Assembly: GCA_051294905.1 (NCBI GenBank) | Contig: CM119373.1 | Location: 25,730,001 to 25,794,000 of the forward strand | DNA from: Botryllus schlosseri | Taxonomy: Eukaryota | Direction of reading: 5' to 3' | Length of the DNA stretch: 64,000 bases | In this document: positions 34,344 to 49,230 of the stretch, piece after piece | How positions within the stretch are numbered: position 1 is the stretch's first letter | Layout of the letters: each line of letters begins with the position of its first letter | The notes under the pieces: generated by a model | What the model was told of the DNA's origin: nothing | Databases searched by the model: none | Seen by the model: the letters and a program-made list of their open reading frames with translations, nothing else | Translations under genes and position numbers: made by a program

Positions 34344-37300
34344 AAGCAAGCATCAGCTTTGGTCACTCAGAAGCGAGCACATGGCATGATGCATTTACGC
34401 ACTACTAGTGGTTGTATTTCGTAGCAATGCAGGTTTGAAATTACCTTATACGATATATTGAATTACATCCGCGATATGCTTTTGATTAGTAATCAGTATT
34501 TTCTAGATCTGGAGTTATATATTTACGCGGGTGAGTTTTGCTATTGTGGGGAACTGAAATATTGCTTTGTGACATAAGTGCTATCAGGCCCTTGATATGG
34601 CTGCATACGAAGTTTCATTCCGAATTGGTGAATTTAGATCACAGATTTCACGTGAGGTCAATATTAGTGGTGTATCACAGTTGCACAATGCCGAGCACAT
34701 ACACAATGAGAGAGTGGGTTGGGCTGTAATTGCGATAAGGCACGATTGGTCTATGTGCGCACTGGGCTTTTATAGGAATCTAAGCGAGACTGCTAATTGC
34801 TGATGTGTTGATTAGTTTCAAAGCTGGAATGTAGATGCATGTTGTCCATCAAAAATAAGTCTGTAGCATGAGGCTCATAACTGGGTCGCCGTTATTGTAT
34901 GCTCTGTCGGTCTGACTCAAGCTGCAGTTTGCAGAGCGAGCTCTCAATCGTAGTTGAATTGCAATCTTTTCGTATTGAAATTGTCCGTATAATATATGCT
35001 CTTGCTTCATGATTGCATACCATGCCCGGCTATAGAATATAAGGATTAATCGGGGTTTAATTTTAACAAATGGCGCTACGTATGTAGAAAGGGCGGGATC
35101 GCTTTTTGAGACAAATGATTCTTCGATTCCAACAGAAGGGAAAGTAATTCCACTTTATACTTTAATCTCAAACATACTGCCCGAATCTTATATTCGAATC
35201 CATCGGATCCGTCTTTGATCTTATTCATATAGACAAGAACTGATTATTATGCGCCCGTAATCACCGTGTAAAACACAGATTACTCTTCTCTTATTGTACT
35301 GACATCTAAGCAGAAATGCGAGTATTAGACGGAATTATCTGTTGTGTTTTCATGCGTTGAAAATTTGGATTACAAACGGATTTACGCGCGGCAGCCCAGC
35401 AGTGTCGTCCTTCTACGATTGATTTTTATCATTACTGCGTAACCTGGGGCTATACATTGTGGCGACGCCTTAGACAGACTGAGCCACCCTGATTTTCGGT
35501 TCCCCGGTAGTTACCATGACTCATGCCAACTCATGAACAATACGTATACTGGTCGAAGCATGTCAACTAATGATCCGTTTTAAAAAACTTAGTATCGCTT
35601 TTACTTTCAACATTTAAAATATCCAGCCTCAATATCACATATCATTTATGAACACGGAAATACTTCACACTACGTTGTATCACTCGTCGTTATGAATTGT
35701 TCGATGCTACGCAGCATCGGTTATTTACAATTTGAACGTTAAATTGGACCATAAATTTGGATTTATATGTTTTCAATTCAAGTTTCTGTCTCCAATTCTA
35801 TGTCGAATAAATTTAACCGTCTATGAAATAAAGCTCTACTTTCAAGGTTCTTCTCTCGTTCCGACCAAGCTAATTATATCGTACTGGTAGGTGAAAAGTG
35901 CAATTGACAAAAACCATTTATAAAATTATTGGGCAAATATTATCATATTTGTAAATTAAGCATATTGCTGAGCGTGGGAAAACCTTGAATGTTACGCTTG
36001 TATACGTTTTAATGGAGACGGTTTCGTATAAAAGGATTATCAGTACTTATCTTGTGATCTGTTGCGATCTCTGGGCAAGGGATTGTATTCGATAGAACTG
36101 ATATATTTGAGGGATTTCCCTCGGATTATCCGGTATTGCGGTTCCCATGATAAGGCCGGTGGCGTATTCCGACGCCCTGATGCCTTGCAAATCGCGGTTC
36201 GTTTGAAGTTCAGTTTCTCGAACGTCACATTGATTATTGTGTGGAGATGTGCAATGCGTGAGCGTCCTGTGATCTCGTGTTAGCGTGATGATGGAAACTT
36301 GCATACATGTTATCACATGGCCGCTTTGAAAATGCGGAATCCGGTTAACGTTGTCACGCCGACTGGCATATTTCTGTATTTTTTGTTCGAATGATATTCG
36401 CACAAAAACTTTGCGTAGCAGAATTACACGTTTCCGATTCCAGTGGTTCTCTAACCTTTTTGACTCACAGCGCCTTAATCAATCTCGACATATCTTTATC
36501 GCCCTCCTGTAAGCTCGAGGTCATCCGTACTTCTACTTATTCTTAGTACAAAAGTAGGTTTGTCTGCTTTTTTCACTTACTCAGTATAGTTTGTAATTGT
36601 GTATGATTTCACACTTTAAATAACAGTTTTTTCATGTTCATACGCTAATTTTTGCTTATACTTTTTAATATGGAAAAGTGAAAGTCATTGCTGGACTCAG
36701 TTCGACAACGCGTCGCAACTAAAGAAAGAAAATTCATGAATGAATAAGTACAATTGGTGTAATGAGAATCAAATTTCCCATATTTGATCCTTTTTTATCT
36801 CTCACGTGCCGGGGTTAGTCAAGCATTAAGCCGATCATCAGCATAAACATATATCCATGATAAATTGATCTTGGCAAGAAACCCAACTGCTAGTTAGGTA
36901 AGATTGACTGAGCGTTGATACATTCTCCCCCTATCACTCCTCCGTTACATTTAATCCCCTGGCATATATGATGTGTGAATTAAAATGACTTCATCAGTGC
37001 GATGTTGCACGTGTGCGACATATCGATATTTAAATAAAATATATAAATGAAATGAATCTCAACCAGGGTTGGTGTATTATTATCGGTCCACTCAATGGAC
37101 TGGACGTGAAAGCAGAATTTATTACCAGAAAGTACCGATGGCCTAACTTTAACCGTATATTAATCTCCGCTTGTGCACGTATCGCACTCGACCCCTGATT
37201 TGCAACCTCCCGTGGCCGCCACCTATGTGGCCGTGTCCCAACGGGCCGTTGTCATGTGGTCTCCAGAGTCCAGGCGACCTCCCGCCTCGATATTGTCAAA

Positions 37301-37694
37301 TGGTGACGCTCAGCTGTCTACACTTCGATAATTTTGCTGACGTTGATATTCACTGGTTGATCCCAGTTAATCGACAAGTCTCTCTGATTGTGACGCATAT
37401 TTTCACGCGATTTCAACACTAAAATTACCCCATTACGCCAAATGACAGCTTGTAGAGAGTGTGGTGTAGTTTGTAGGCATGAAGTGGCCGTGAAATCTCG
37501 AATTGGCGTTGATACTTTGGTATTAATTGAACTAGAAAATTAAGGTATATAGCTAACGCCGATGACATATCATACCCGTGCGGTATTGATGTAAATAACT
37601 TATGACTTGCAACAACGCTATTGTAATCGTTAATCAGGTTGTCAGAAACGGGTCTGTGATGCGGGTATATAGTTATGATCACATGTAGTCAAAA

Positions 37695-39203
37695 TAGTCA
37701 GCGTGTCTACTCGAGTAGAAGTAGATTTAGAATTAGAAGTAAATTTCTACTTATTTACAAAAAGTAGTTATCGCCAAGGCATGTCAACACTACGTGCTCT
37801 AACTACTAAGGATGGTGCGAACCTCTGAAAGGCTCAGTTTCGTGTGAACGCGGACCTTTTTGTAAGGATTTGTGTGAACGCGAACGTGAACCTCATGACG
37901 TCACGTGACGACATATTGCTAATTCGAACCCTACATTTCAGTGAAGTGATATATATTAATGTGCACCATACCTAACGACGACTCGGCCACAGAATGCCAC
38001 AATGCTGAAATACATACTGACGTTTTAAACGTTTTCAAATGTATCAACGGGAGCAATCAAATAATATAATAATCCCATAAAATCAATATCTTCCGTCGCT
38101 TAGCCAACAATTTCGACGAGGACTTGCAAGGGAATATAAGCTTACGCCCTAACGGTCCAGGCCAGACCGGACAATGTATTCGGCGTCTGAGTGTTGCTAT
38201 GTTAATATTGAGCAGAGTGTGCTATGGGTTTTACCCCATTAACAAGGTGTAATGCAGTAGCCAACACCCCAATCGCACGGATATGGTTTTTATGATACAA
38301 TAAACATATGAAATCGAGATGGACCCCATACGCTTGCTAGATTTTTTATATCAGACAACATTATCAATTTCATTGATCGGTTGAATAAGCATCATTCATT
38401 GACTACCTATATGTAGCGCATTTAACTATTGATGATGTGTGATTGCAGGTCAAGCTCACAGCAGAGAGTCACTAAATATTCACTAACAGAAAGCTGGATA
38501 TTTCGAGCAAACTTTTGTAACGAAGCAGGAATTTTTTTTGAGATTGTCATGGTACAAGCTCGTTTAGTGTTAATTTTTTATGCTGCCATCGCCATGCATA
38601 GAGTGGCCCGCAGTTGAAATGCAATAAATTTCAAGTAAAGATGTTTAATAACGTGGAATTGTAATATATGAAAAAGGTTCACAGTGCAGAGCCTAACAAG
38701 GTTCGTTTGTGAAGGTGAACTTCTAAATTTCCGAGGATCACACACAGAACGCGAACGTGAACCTCACGTTCGCACCATCCCTACTAACTACTACTCTACG
38801 CAAGTACTTTAGTATAGTATCAAAAAGTATATTTGGCCACCGGTCAAATAGCAGTTGGCTGGTGGTTGCAAGTCTCCAGATAGCAAGGACTAACTCAAAA
38901 GGACCAATGACACTACAAATCGGTATAATATTCGAAAATATATTCCGTTGCGGTGGCGCAAGAGCTAGTTCACGCGGTCCTTCTGTAATCACTCACAAAT
39001 GTGATGGAAACTCATTTCCGAAATGTATATTCTGCCTTTCTAAATCCACATCGATAAAATCATGTTGGTTTGCCTAAGAACTTTGATGTAGAAGTGACAG
39101 TACTCTAAATAAACATAAGTACTTGAGTAAGCAATGCAGGTAATAGGCGATACCTATTTGTGTACTCCGAAAGTACCAGTACTCCGGTACTGACCCCCTC
39201 CTG
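37695..39203 (-). mobile_element. agta-family MITE in reverse orientation, split by the 37807-38783 insertion
   Basis: Left end tagtcagcgtg...ctcgagtagaagtag. The right end reverse-complements to ggtcagtaccggagtactggtactttcggagta, matching about 31514. Confidence 0.6.
37807..38783. mobile_element. hAT-type MITE (TA(G/A)GGATGGTGCGAAC ends)
   Basis: 16-bp TIR with 1 mismatch. Perfect TSD ctaactac (37799-37806, 38784-38791). Subterminal gaacgcgaacgtgaacc repeats at both ends. Confidence 0.92.
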
Positions 39204-42200
39204 ATGATGCGCTTACACAGGAGCGTGTGAATGCGCGCTAGGTCCGGTCACCGTTGTATCTGTTATTGTATACAGTGTACAGTATATGTACGTACACCTG
39301 TCCACGACCCTACAGACCTACGCGTGGATTTATCAGCTGGAAATTGAACTTAGCAATACTTTATTTCCTTGAAATTTATGCAACTATGCGTTTGTCGGAG
39401 GCATGAGCAAAGCTTCAATGTGGAATTTTGCGCACGCAACATACATGATAGTACGAGCACAACCAGTATACCCTACCCAACGTCGCCTGGAAACGCATGA
39501 ATTCGAGACAAATGTAGGCCAACTCTGAAAAAGGTAGCTGCTACGCTCGCAGCATTCCGTAGCCTTGCTCTATCGCGCCATGTTTTCGATTCGCGAGAAA
39601 TCATCTACATTGCGTTGTGGCATTTGAGTACTCTTCGATTTTTCGATTCTCTCATTCCGCCGCTATTGACATACAGCTCTGTAAAGCTGAGCCATCCGTC
39701 AAGTACCGCGCGTATTATCAAGTTAACGATCTGGACACACTTTGCCAAGAAATACGTTTTTGTCGTACAGTTCCATCCGTACCCGAATTATTTGTAATTC
39801 CAGATTCCTTGAACAGTCCAATCGAGGACTGAGAATGGGGCTGATTTATTGAACAATATACCGAGATGCCTGATGATCACTTTTCCACCCAACTCCTAGT
39901 AACGACTGCTTGCTGACGCGTCATTAATGCCGTAACTCTGAGGCTTGTTACGTCACAGTGCCAGTAATAATCATCAAAAGAGCTGCGCATTAGGAAAACT
40001 TTGGCGCTACCCGTGCCAACTACCCATACCACAATATGGCAAAGTTTGTTAGCAATGGTTTCCAGCGAGTGTTGCATGCAATCTGTCAACTAATATAGCC
40101 GAACTAAGTTCAAGATGGCTCACGTAAAAGCTAAAGTGTTGATAGAACTTGAAATACCGGGACATGTGAATGTAATTGTATAGTGTATACGCAGTTACGC
40201 ACTCTATTCTGCAATACACAAAGCCGTCCTTCATGTTGGGATCAAAACAAAATGGCGTCCCATTCTTTAACGCCCGCATGCGGAACGAGTAATTTCATCT
40301 TGAATTACCGAACTGAACAGGCAAGTCGCGAGGGTTTGTCACACTGCTTTTTTGTTAAGTTAGCTGTCGTAATTGGAAGCTACAGATGAGACAATTTCAG
40401 AACCGATATTTCATCCTATAATTTGGGTGTATTGCGTCTAAAAGGGAAGGTTAGGATGCATTTTTAATGTTAACTTAAAGCTATTCGCGCAAGTGACCAT
40501 TTTGTCTTCAGCTGAAACGTAATGAGATCTATCAGCCATTATTTCTCTGTAAGCAGCCGTTGCGGTTGGTCTATTGTAATTATATGTACGTATGGAACGT
40601 GCAGATACAATACAGACGTATTCTGCTGTGGCTAGATAGATCTTTCGTCGCATTTTGTGTCTGATTCGCGGCAAAGCATTTTAGGGTGTGTGATTGTGTA
40701 TTTTTGAAAGAATGTCACTTATTCGTATGTGGTGACAGACAGTTATGTTCCATATATGCCTCGTCAAAATGTTCAGCTTGACATTATGGATGATGTGCCT
40801 GTAGAGGTATTTTTACCCAAGCAAATCGACAGACCAGACCTTCTTTGCTTGCAACACACAATTTTACGTCACAATGCGTCATCATTTCCGTTTAAGAAAC
40901 AAAAGATAGATGTGCACGTGCTATGTTTGTTACAAATTGTTTTGAGCACAGCTGCTATCATGTTATTAATTTGCCGTACCCGTTCAATTGTGACGTCATT
41001 AGGCAAACTTCCGAAGCCCCGTATAATACAGTTTCACGAGCAATTATCGATACGATACAATAGAAGCCGTGACTAAATTGTAATGATAGTGTGGCGTGGT
41101 TCTTGAAAGCACTATCTAATTAATCACCGCAACCCCCAGCGATATGGTACAGTCTTGTACAGTGTACACTGACATTGTGATGTCATAAAGTACACTATTT
41201 TTGAAGTTTTGTGTCTGACGTGAACTAAATTAGGTTTTCTGGTAATGGTAATTAATTTTTGCTTATCATGCAAAATTAGGGAATATATTCGTTCAGTTTG
41301 AAATATTACATATTGTCCTGTGCAAAAAAGTTTGGTCATCTGTGTGAAGAGCAGAATGTAAGGCTATCTATAAGATTTGGATTATAAATTTTTATTAACC
41401 AGGATGTATTAAAAATCATCCTTACAGTTTTCGTAAAGAATATTCAGTCGCTATATATTTTTAAAAACATTTAGATATTGCAACTTCAGCGTAGTTCTGC
41501 TGATTATGACCGTTCTTCGGTTGTGTTGGACTTGAATGTATAACTATTAAATGCAAGTACATTGTTTATGACTGACATGTTCACATTTTCCAATGCAATT
41601 CATGCATTGACAACGGTTAATATTCGATTGCGAAGTTGTCGTCCATTACCATTAATATTATCTATCAATTCGACTTTCCCCGTCGAATTGTAATATTGGT
41701 CTATAGTACCAAGGAGGAATATCGATATCGAATCTAATTTTGAAATCGGTATCATAAAACCGAAGTTCATTTAGTTTCGTCAGCACTGACTGGGTATAGT
41801 ACCATTGTATAAATCAAGTCCTAAATTCCGCAATAGTTATCTAATGGCGAATAGTCACGAAGTGCCGTACATCGACTCACAGCGTTTTAGGAAACCGTAA
41901 CCTACATTGGTTAAGCCTTTAATCCCCAATAAGAGCCCCAGTCATGATTTATTGAAACACAAGGCACTCTTGGAAATGGTGGTGGAAGGTAATGGGCAAA
42001 CAGTCCATGAAAGCAAACACAATGTCTACCAAGCGATATCGCAATACAGCGGGCGCGATTCTGTATCTTTAATGTATAGAGCCGCAATTATTTGAAAATG
42101 ATAACGTCCCTGTAGATTTGTTTCGTCGTCGTGGGCGGTACGCATATCGTTATAACGGCATCAGTAATATTCTTTTTGTGCGGACAGGATACTACTGTTT

Positions 42201-45200
42201 CCCATGCAGAAATTAATTAGGCGAGTTGCAAGGTAAAGCTCGTCTGTACTCCGTGATATTAAAGCCATTTATTTGTCTTTTGTATAACAGTTATTTGACA
42301 GCGCAAAAATGTAAAAATATATTGTATCCGTAGACAGTTTACTAAATAACAAGTTAGTGTATTGGGGCTGTAAATAAAACATTTTTGTCTGCGTTTTCGT
42401 GACCTGGTGAAGTGTCTGCAGTCGGATCTGTGTATTGGTTTTGTATTCCAACAAACATAGGATAAAGGGCTGACCCGGTTTTACGCCGGGAGAGTGTTTG
42501 ATGGCGATACCTATCGGTTTAAGATTGGTCTGTGACAATAAGTATAAGAGGCTAAACAAATAACATCTAATGTTCCCTTTGCAACTGTTTGCAAAGCCAA
42601 AACAACGACTGTGTATAGCGTGTTAATTTGTAGCAATATACACTGTATTTTAGTTAGCAGATTACGATAAATATCAAGTAATCGAATATGTGTGCAGTTA
42701 TGTGGTGAAATAATTAGACTGTATCCATTTTACCGTAATAACCAATTATTTGATTGATTAAGCATAAATACTGGTTGATGAGTTGTTTAAGATAATGCTT
42801 CCTGAACCAAATAGCAGGTTGGTGTGGATAACATTGGTACGATAACCGTGGCTGGGACATGCATTCTGTCCACTGTTCACCCTTTATTTGTTATGAAAAT
42901 GTGAATATCTAACACGCTGTCAAACAAATTTATCCATAAATGGAAAAATCATGATATTAGTCATGGTTACTGTACAGAGCAGAGTCACTGGACCTAAACT
43001 ATTTATGGGATGTGAAATTTTGGAGGCCAAAAGCCCATCTCAGTGATTTACAGTGTTCCGGTATTTATTTTGTGATGAATGTTGTACAGACTTTGTGTTA
43101 CTATATTTGCAATGTTAATTTAACTTATTATCACTTCCATAATTAGTCTAAATGCACTATTACTTCACACTCATTTAGCCTCTATAGCTACAGAATAATG
43201 TTATCGGCCTAGTTTTCAATATGTGACATAATGTGAAATCTGAGTTGGGATAATTATCATACATCCGACATCCATCGATCGAGAAAACCTGCATTTCTAG
43301 GAAACAACGAAACGGTGAGTTTACATTTATGTTTTATATTAAACAGTTGTTTAATTTTTTTTTATCAATGTATGCCACTTCAAATGTCTTTATTCGGTGG
43401 CTAGTCTCCTGTAGATCGGTAGCGTGTGCTGTCATATAGAAGGATGTTGCCTGGTCAAGTTTCGCAGTGACTCATTTTCCAATCGCCTAATTTTTCATTT
43501 TACTGCACGTATTGTATTGCGATCTAATGGGTTGATATCACACTCACAGAGCACTATCGCTAAGATGACGTATAGGCATGTCAAGGTCATAATCATGCAT
43601 ATTAAGAGCACCATTAATTACTTCATGTACTCTCACAGCGAAGGTATTGCTACGACTCAATTCAATGGGTTTTTGTCGAGAACAGAAAAAGGTTTACTGG
43701 TAGACAAATCGATATTTCCAATATATTTGTAGTCGGGAGCGGTTTATACGAGGTACAAATACAGGATTTTCATAAGAACTGCGTGACTACTTCACAGCTT
43801 AGCAGATATATAAATGATGTCATCACAGTTTTTCATTGTAACAGTCTGTAAGCAATCAACACGCTGAATTCTGATTGTTAAATTAATATCCTCATATATC
43901 AAGATACAGAATTATATTAACCTGATATTGGTGCCCTGAATTCTTTCCTTTTAATATCGCGATCCGGGTCAGAACATCCCTGCATTCTATATAAAGCTCA
44001 GCAGAAAAATTCCATGTAGTGACATGCCACGATGCTCAATCAATGCTGGAGCACGTAGACCATTGGTTGCATGGTGCTGTATAAAGTTTCTTGGTTACGA
44101 TTAAAAGTGGGACAACGTGATCTCAGTCATGCCAAAATACTTCTCTGTGGGGAGTGACGTATCCAGCTCAAAATCGCTGCAAGCCCGTGATATGTTTCGG
44201 GATATTGTAATAAACCGTACTGTGGTCGATACAGGAAGGGCTATAGTGATGGAAACATAAACACTATGCATATACAGTATACAGCGATTTTTGCGGATAT
44301 GTATAGTAGCATTAGTAGGTGATTCCTGGTGACTGGTCGCTTGGGTTGTGCGGGATTCAAACGCATAGACTACGGTACCAGATAATTAATTCCATGCATA
44401 CCACAAGTCAGATTACGATTGCAAGCATAAATTATCAAGCGTAAATTTACGCTAAGTAGAGCTATGATAGAAAATGATCATCTGCCTGTGGTTTATGAGA
44501 TAGCTGCGAGAAAAAATGCTTATGCAATAACAGTAAAATAGTCACTCAATCTGTGATATAATGAAAGTGTAATAGATAGGCAATCTGCCATGTACCCAGT
44601 AAAATGACAATAAAATGAGGGTGATATAACTTGCGTTTAGTTTGGAAATCTGTCCAACAGCGGTATTGTAAGGGGACAGATGCCTCTACCCTTGTTACAA
44701 ACACGGGGATTAAAATGTGTATGCTAGCTGGAGACTTGTGAAACAAAATATAATCTCATAATGGAAAACGGATTCCATTCTACCGATGGTGTCGAACAAA
44801 TCCTGTTTCAACAAATCACCAGAAATATTACACAACTGTACTGTATAGCAGCCCTATTCCCAACGCAGAAATCCTGCTGTGCGATACGATATATTGTTCA
44901 ATGGAAACGGGACGTGAGTCAAACCGCAGATATTACGTGGGGAAATGGGATTGGGTGTATTACAAATCTAGCGTGAAATCATAATTTGTATGGCGCTTAT
45001 AATTGCTACATTGTACGAGGCGTGTTTTCTTCCTCATTTATTCTATATCCAAGGTGGCATTATATTGATCAACTAATAATCCCGAAAACGAATTAATTTT
45101 ATTACTTACGAATTTCGGGAATATAATTTTATTGCTGTGATGTGGCAATTAAATCAAAACCTTACCTCGCCGTTCAGCCATTTTAGTTTACGTCCATTAA

Positions 45201-45269
45201 GCGTGTGCTCAAGTCCGCTCATGTTCTACGACTCTACATGTATATATGCAAGTAGGGTTGGGCACAACG

Positions 45270-45784
45270 CGGGTTTGTAACCAATTCACAAGGTTCCGAG
45301 TCACAAGTCAATCTCACTTTTATAGTTTTGACTCGAGTCAAGTCGAGTCCTTTTCATTTCATCACCGAGTCAAGTCCGAGTCCATGTCAGTGGATAGAGG
45401 GTCGAGTCCGAATGATATTGTTCACTGTTCAGTTTTGAGCTCAATCCGGTTCAACTCACTTTTCCCAACTCTGCTCGAGTGATATTGAATGGCTCCCATT
45501 CATGACATCGAAATTTCTCCTCAGTCCTAACAGTTTCTGGCCCTCTTCCAAGTATCAGGACTGATAGACGAAATATCAATAATGTGGTGACCTTACTAGT
45601 CTTTGAAGTTATAATGAGCAGTCTGTCTTCGCCGTCCCAGTCACGAGTCACATGACTTGGTTCGAGTCATGCACAAAAAATTTTACGCATTTGGAAAAAA
45701 TGACTCGAGTCAAGTCGAGTCACCAAAAAATCGTGACTCGAGTCGGACTCGAGTCGAGTCATGGCTCGGGCCATTACAACCCTG
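45270..45784 (+). mobile_element. hAT-like MITE of the gactcgagtc family (copy 1)
   Basis: Colinear with 48716-49230 and ends ttacaaccctg. TSD not evident. Confidence 0.8.
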
Positions 45785-48715
45785 CGAAGCATGTGGTATG
45801 AAGCCACGCAAGATAGTCGAAATGAGATATTCTTGAAGTAGTGGTCAATCCACAAGCACAGCAACTGTCAAAAAGTGCAATTCGACGTAATATGTATAGC
45901 ACATGTTTGGACTCTCCTTATCATTCTCATTCTTATTGTGCCATAACGAGTGATAACAGAATACTGGACTTGAATCGAATCGAGCCCGATTGTTCCCAGT
46001 CCTGTATACGCCAGTGGCGGCTGGTAACCCGTGGTCTGCAGACCATAGCTGGATTTATGTACTGATCCGCGAATAGTTCGTATGCTTGTGCAATGTGCAG
46101 CTGAAGTGAACGATCAAAATTACAGTGGTGAAACGTTGTGTTCCTGCCTTGCTGGGCACACTTTAGTGACTTAAGGTAGCATCTGAGCTGTGAAGAATTT
46201 TCATATTTGAAAATTTGTGTTTTTTAAATACCAGTGCACAAAACCAATTCATTATGAAACTGATCAGTGGAGAAAGAAAGTTGCTCACTACTGAAATAGA
46301 CAATGCATGTAACCAATAAGTCTTAATTTGCAGGCAATTGTGAAAAAATGATATCAATTTTGCTCCGCGCCGGGTTTAGTATATGTGCTGTCAACATTAG
46401 TTAGTATTGATGATAATATCTTTGCTTTGCACCTACATCTACCGATCATTTACCAATGGTGTGCGCATCGATTTTTTTTAGGGCGTTTGATATTAGAAAA
46501 GCGCATTAAAACAAGTCCCGGCTAGTCACATTGTAGGGGTTGCTGAGAAGAAGACGTAGCGTTTATATTTAGTATACCGGTATACGTGCACAACTGCACA
46601 CAGACACGAAACTCAATATGTACATCAGTCCTGGTAGCTAAGCCGATGTCAATAAGCACGGCCACATATTTACCTTACTTATTATGATATATACAAAGTT
46701 CAAATTATCCTAAAAGCAAACAGAACGGATTGCATGTTCCGAAGATAAGAACTCCCACCTTGTAATGCGTTCCGACTTTTCAGATAGCTTGATCGTGGTG
46801 TATGTGTCGTGTAATCGCGTTTTCCTTCAACGTTCATTCAAATATTTAACTCGCATATTATGTACGATATACATGCAGATAGTTAATGAATTAGGAGGAC
46901 TTTTGTATATTGAAGTTGAAGTCCTGCAGCTCCAAAAAGCTCTTCAATTAGGACTTCGTAGATGCCACATTGCCATATCTTGATAATCTGTCCCGCCAGT
47001 GTGTGAATTGAATGTGGTCAGATATTAAATGTCACAGAAAACTCTTTGGGCCTGATATACCTTTTATTCAACTAAATGCTGATATCGGTAGTTATATTCG
47101 TTGCGGTCCTATTTTTGAACTATACAGCCGGATTTGCGCAGACCCGTTTAGTTTCTTTAAGTTATGCGGAGCTCGTAACGGCTCACCAGACAAGGTACTG
47201 TTGTTATAAGCTCAACCGGGAGTATACGCGTGTACGAGTGCGTCTCGTTGCGTCGAAACCTTTTTCTTTGCTCCACTTAAATTCTGTGACGATACCGCGC
47301 AAGCACGTAACATTCGCTTATAATATGAGACGGGGTAAGATATTTGGGAACGGGAAAATTAAAAGAAACTGGAAAAGCTGCGTTTTCATGACCCAATTGT
47401 CAGAGAGCGGAGAAGCGCGGAAACTTTCCATTGTTACGAAATCAAATTCCTATCTTTGTTGCGCCATCATTGGTTGTTTTGCTGATGCCTTGTACAGGAT
47501 AAAAAAAACTGTTTTCTTGAGTAAGTTTAAGTATTTTAATTGATAATAGTCCGCTTGTGTTAAATAATACCCGTTATACACCCGTGAGTTCATCTGGTGA
47601 ACTGAAAGCGACCTTGAATAATAAACAATAGCGATTGGAGTATTGTTTTGGTATTTCTTAAATTTAATAGTAATTTATTTCGACTTTACGATCGTGTAAT
47701 AGTTGGGGCTATTTACGATTGTAACTATGTGATATATTTTCTGTGTTGTAAATTTTGAAATCATTCCTTCAGCTAATATCTGTACCCTATTTTCGTTTGT
47801 AGACAGAAATAATTGCGTGCTTCTGGATTCAGAAGAACCATCACTGGCGTTAATGTTTTCCCTGCATAGGAAGGTTGCTATTTCCACAAAATCTAAGACG
47901 TCGACATGTGCATTATACGCAAAAGATAGACGAGTTTGCGCTCCCCTAGTGTGATATGTAGTATCTCTATCCACCCTATTCAGTAACAAAATATTGTGCA
48001 CAGATGTTCCGAACCCCAGCCAGGTCCAACCCTTATTGAGGCCTGCTGCATTCTTTTTTTTTTCAATGTAGGTCACGATACAGGCTTATTGTGATGGCTA
48101 TAGTGTTGCCGTGAAATTTCTCTGTTATAGGAGGCGTGTTTATCAAGAGCACTGTGTCTGTGCGTAAAATCACTGATAAAAACAATAAATAAATGAATGG
48201 AATTTTCAAAGCGATTCTCGGTTCACCCAAGTAAGCTGAAATGCGAAATATGGGATTTACTTCAATTTTGACAGGTGGTCTGGCTTGTTTTCAAGAGGCA
48301 TCACCGGATGGATTTTTAACTCTTCCAAGCCTGTCATGTTTACTACAATTTATGCAAAGTTTCAATAATTCTTACCTCTTGAAAAATTGAAAATATTAGA
48401 AAATGTATTTGGGGTTATTGTGGTCATGTCCTGTTTTGCATCCGGATGCGGTCTGTGTTACTCGCCTCAAAACTAAAAAAAGAAATAATAGTCTTGTTGA
48501 TGTACCTCCTGAAAGCAAAGCGGTTATTGCATTTAGTGAAGTGCTTCCACTAACAAGATTAAAATTCATTGTTGAAATAGAGTTGTTTTTCAATATGGTT
48601 CCTGCAATTCTATGTAATCATACCATTCGGGTTGACTGGGTTTTAGGAAAAAGGCACCCGTCTTATGTGTATTCGCTATTTTATAGGGAATCTATTTATT
48701 AATGTCGGCAAATTT

Positions 48716-49230
48716 CAGGGCTGTAACCAAGTCACAAGATCCCGAGTCACAAGCCAATTCTACTCTCATAGTTTTGACTCAAGTCCAGTCGAGTCAATTT
48801 TAATTCACCAAGGAGACAAGGCCGAGTCCACGAGACTGAATTATAGTGTTCTGACTCGAGTCCGAGTCCAAGTCATTGTGTCTACTGTTCGTTTCTGAGT
48901 TCAATCCGATTTAACTCCCTTTTTACAACTCCGTTTGGGTGTCATTGAATGCCTCGCATTCATGATATACTAATTTTCCTTACCTTGCACTGTTTCTGAC
49001 CCTATTTAACAAACATAAATAATGGGTTAGCTTCGAAGTTACAGCGAGATGCCCGTCTTGGTCGTCCTACTGTCGAGTGTCTTGGTCGAGTCACGCCTAA
49101 TGACTCGAGTACAAGTCCAGTAAAAAACGCAAATTATCTCGAGTCGAATCAATTCGTTTTCCATATTTTAGAAAATGACTCAAGTCAAGTCCAATCACCA
49201 AAAATCGTGACTCGAGTCATTACAACCGTG
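48716..49230 (+). mobile_element. hAT-like MITE of the gactcgagtc family (copy 2)
   Basis: TIRs cagggctgtaa and ttacaaccgtg. Perfect 8-bp TSD gcaaattt. Confidence 0.9.

Noticed and set aside
35400-35520. Possible minus-strand tRNA-SINE head (TGGCTCAGTC...GGTTACG)
   Set aside because: The B box is too degenerate, and there is no tail or TSD.
45290-49230. CRISPR-like array of gactcgagtc repeats
   Set aside because: Spacing is irregular, the context is eukaryotic, and the repeats are subterminal motifs of two colinear MITE copies with TIR and TSD.
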